Assembly (NCBI GenBank): GCA_015064545.1
Contig: SVSA01000001.1
Location: 1 to 62,854, forward strand
From: Oscillospiraceae bacterium
GTDB lineage: Bacteria > Bacillota > Clostridia > Oscillospirales > CAG-272
Length of the DNA stretch: 62,854 nt
Direction of reading: 5' to 3'
Positions within the stretch are counted from its first letter, which is position 1; each line of letters begins with the position of its first letter. Of the stretch, positions 61,754 to 62,854 are shown one piece after another. A program made the translations under genes and the position numbers. Below the pieces are notes generated by a model. The model ran no database searches, was not told where the DNA came from, and worked only from the letters and a program-made list of their open reading frames with translations.

Positions 61754-62854
61754 ATGAACAAGTATGTAACCGCGCAGATCCGTAATGTATGTTTGCTTGG
61801 CCACGGTGGCTCGGGCAAAACCTCGCTTGCTGAGGCAATGCTCTATTTGTCTAAGGGTACCGACCGTCTCGGTAAGACCCCGGAGGGAAATACCGTATGC
61901 GATTTCGATCCCGAAGAAATCAAACGTGGCTTTTCAATACAGTCCTCGCTTGCTCCCGTTTTTTGGAAGGATGTTAAGATCAACCTGCTCGACACCCCCG
62001 GCTACCTTGACTTTGTCGGTGAAGTGAAGCAGTCAATCCGTGTTGCCGATGCCGCACTGATTGTGATCGACGGTAAGGCCGGCGTAGAGGTCGGCGCCGA
62101 GCTGGCGTGGGAATATGCCGGTGAAGCCGGACTTCCTCGTTCCATCTTTGTCAATAAGTTTGATGATCCCGAATGCCGTTTCTATAAGGTGTTTGACCAG
62201 CTCCGTGAGCACTTTGGTAAGGACGTATGTCCGCTTCTTATTCCGATGATTGAGAACGGTGCGGTTGTCGGCTTCCTTAACCTGATTGATCTCAAGACCT
62301 ATGTGTACAATAAGCAGGGTACCCACGAAGAGGGTGCTATCCCCGCTGAATTTACCGAGGTTGCCGCAAAGTATCGCGATATGCTGTTAGAATCGATTGC
62401 TGAAACCAGCGACGATCTGATGGAAAAATACTTTGCCGGCATAGAAATCACGCGTGAGGAAGCGGTTGAGGCGATTCATCAGGGTATTATCAACGGTTCG
62501 ATCTGTCCTGTTGTTTGCGGCTCTGCCGGTAAGATGTGGGGTGTTGAGGCGCTTCTTGATATCATTCAGGAATCCTATCCGCGTCATACAGCCAAGAAGG
62601 TTGAAACGAATGTCGACGGCGAAGAGGTTGCCATTGATAAGGAAGCGGCCGAGCCTGCGGTATTTGTTTTCAAGACGGTTGCCGATTCCTTTGGCAAGCA
62701 GACCTTCTTCAAGGTTATGAGCGGTACGCTGACCAATGCCATGTCGCTGAAGAACCTTCGTTCGGGCGCGGTCGAAAAATTCGGCCATATTTATGAGGTA
62801 AAGGGTAAGAAAATTACTGAGGTCGATTCGCTGTCGTGCGGCGATATCGGTATG
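61754..62854 (+). CDS. Elongation factor G-like translational GTPase (paralogue outside the str operon), 3' end beyond the window
   Basis: It is not in the ORF track because it has no stop in the window, and I translated it by hand. AAGGAG RBS. G1 LLGHGGSGKTS, G3 DTPGYLDF, G4 VNKFDD. The frame is open for 367 codons to the window end. Confidence 0.88.
   Translation, partial: MNKYVTAQIRNVCLLGHGGSGKTSLAEAMLYLSKGTDRLGKTPEGNTVCDFDPEEIKRGFSIQSSLAPVFWKDVKINLLDTPGYLDFVGEVKQSIRVADAALIVIDGKAGVEVGAELAWEYAGEAGLPRSIFVNKFDDPECRFYKVFDQLREHFGKDVCPLLIPMIENGAVVGFLNLIDLKTYVYNKQGTHEEGAIPAEFTEVAAKYRDMLLESIAETSDDLMEKYFAGIEITREEAVEAIHQGIINGSICPVVCGSAGKMWGVEALLDIIQESYPRHTAKKVETNVDGEEVAIDKEAAEPAVFVFKTVADSFGKQTFFKVMSGTLTNAMSLKNLRSGAVEKFGHIYEVKGKKITEVDSLSCGDIGM

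Noticed and set aside
1-62854. Scan for CRISPR arrays, tRNA/rRNA genes, transposases, integrases, prophage or defence-system genes
   Set aside because: No regularly spaced direct repeats are present. No intergenic region contains a cloverleaf-like sequence. Every ORF longer than 150 aa on the coding strand is accounted for by metabolic, housekeeping or envelope functions. Nothing suggested a mobile or defence island.

Overview
This 62.9-kb chromosomal window looks like a moderately GC-rich, spore-forming Clostridia-type Firmicute (spoIIID with a sigma-E-type promoter, GGAGG-type RBSs, many consensus TTGACA-N17-TATAAT promoters). I call 59 protein-coding genes, mostly on the + strand, in short operons bounded by clear hairpin terminators. 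I saw no rRNA, tRNA, CRISPR array, transposase, integrase or phage genes. Gene order is as follows. (1) dnaK (5'-truncated), dnaJ and prmA. (2) A five-gene cell-wall operon: streptococcal-type MurE-like ligase, AsnB-type amidotransferase, ATP-grasp ligase, arginase-family hydrolase and a LysR regulator. (3) A redox and C4-dicarboxylate island: an LDH-fold dehydrogenase with Arg at the Gln102 specificity position, fumC, hdrB-hdrC-hdrA, mvhD/flxD, flxC, flxB, flxA, an FrdB-like iron-sulfur protein, an FrdA/NadB-family flavoprotein, a short AAE-family transporter, rex and an aminotransferase. (4) Housekeeping genes: metal ABC transporter, nifS-like, murD, nnrD, yfcE, nitroreductase, HAD hydrolase, thiamine pyrophosphokinase, pepT, ybaK, spoIIID, dxs, msrC, mntP, fsa/tal, miaB-mutS-mutL, tgt, rluA-like and EamA. 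(5) An L-rhamnose cluster: AraC regulator, rhaB, rhaA, a PHP-domain protein, a stand-alone class II aldolase and rhaM. (6) A lipid-related pair (acyltransferase plus PAP2/SMS-like), prsW with a transglutaminase-like protein, and a 3'-truncated EF-G paralogue. The most interesting candidate system is the Flx-Hdr array joined in one apparent operon to a soluble, anchor-less fumarate-reductase-like pair. It is surrounded by enzymes that would feed it fumarate and export succinate. This arrangement suggests a flavin-based electron-bifurcating NADH:fumarate (+ferredoxin) oxidoreductase that, to my knowledge, has not been characterised biochemically. All calls rest on reading the translations and sequence by eye. 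No database search was run.
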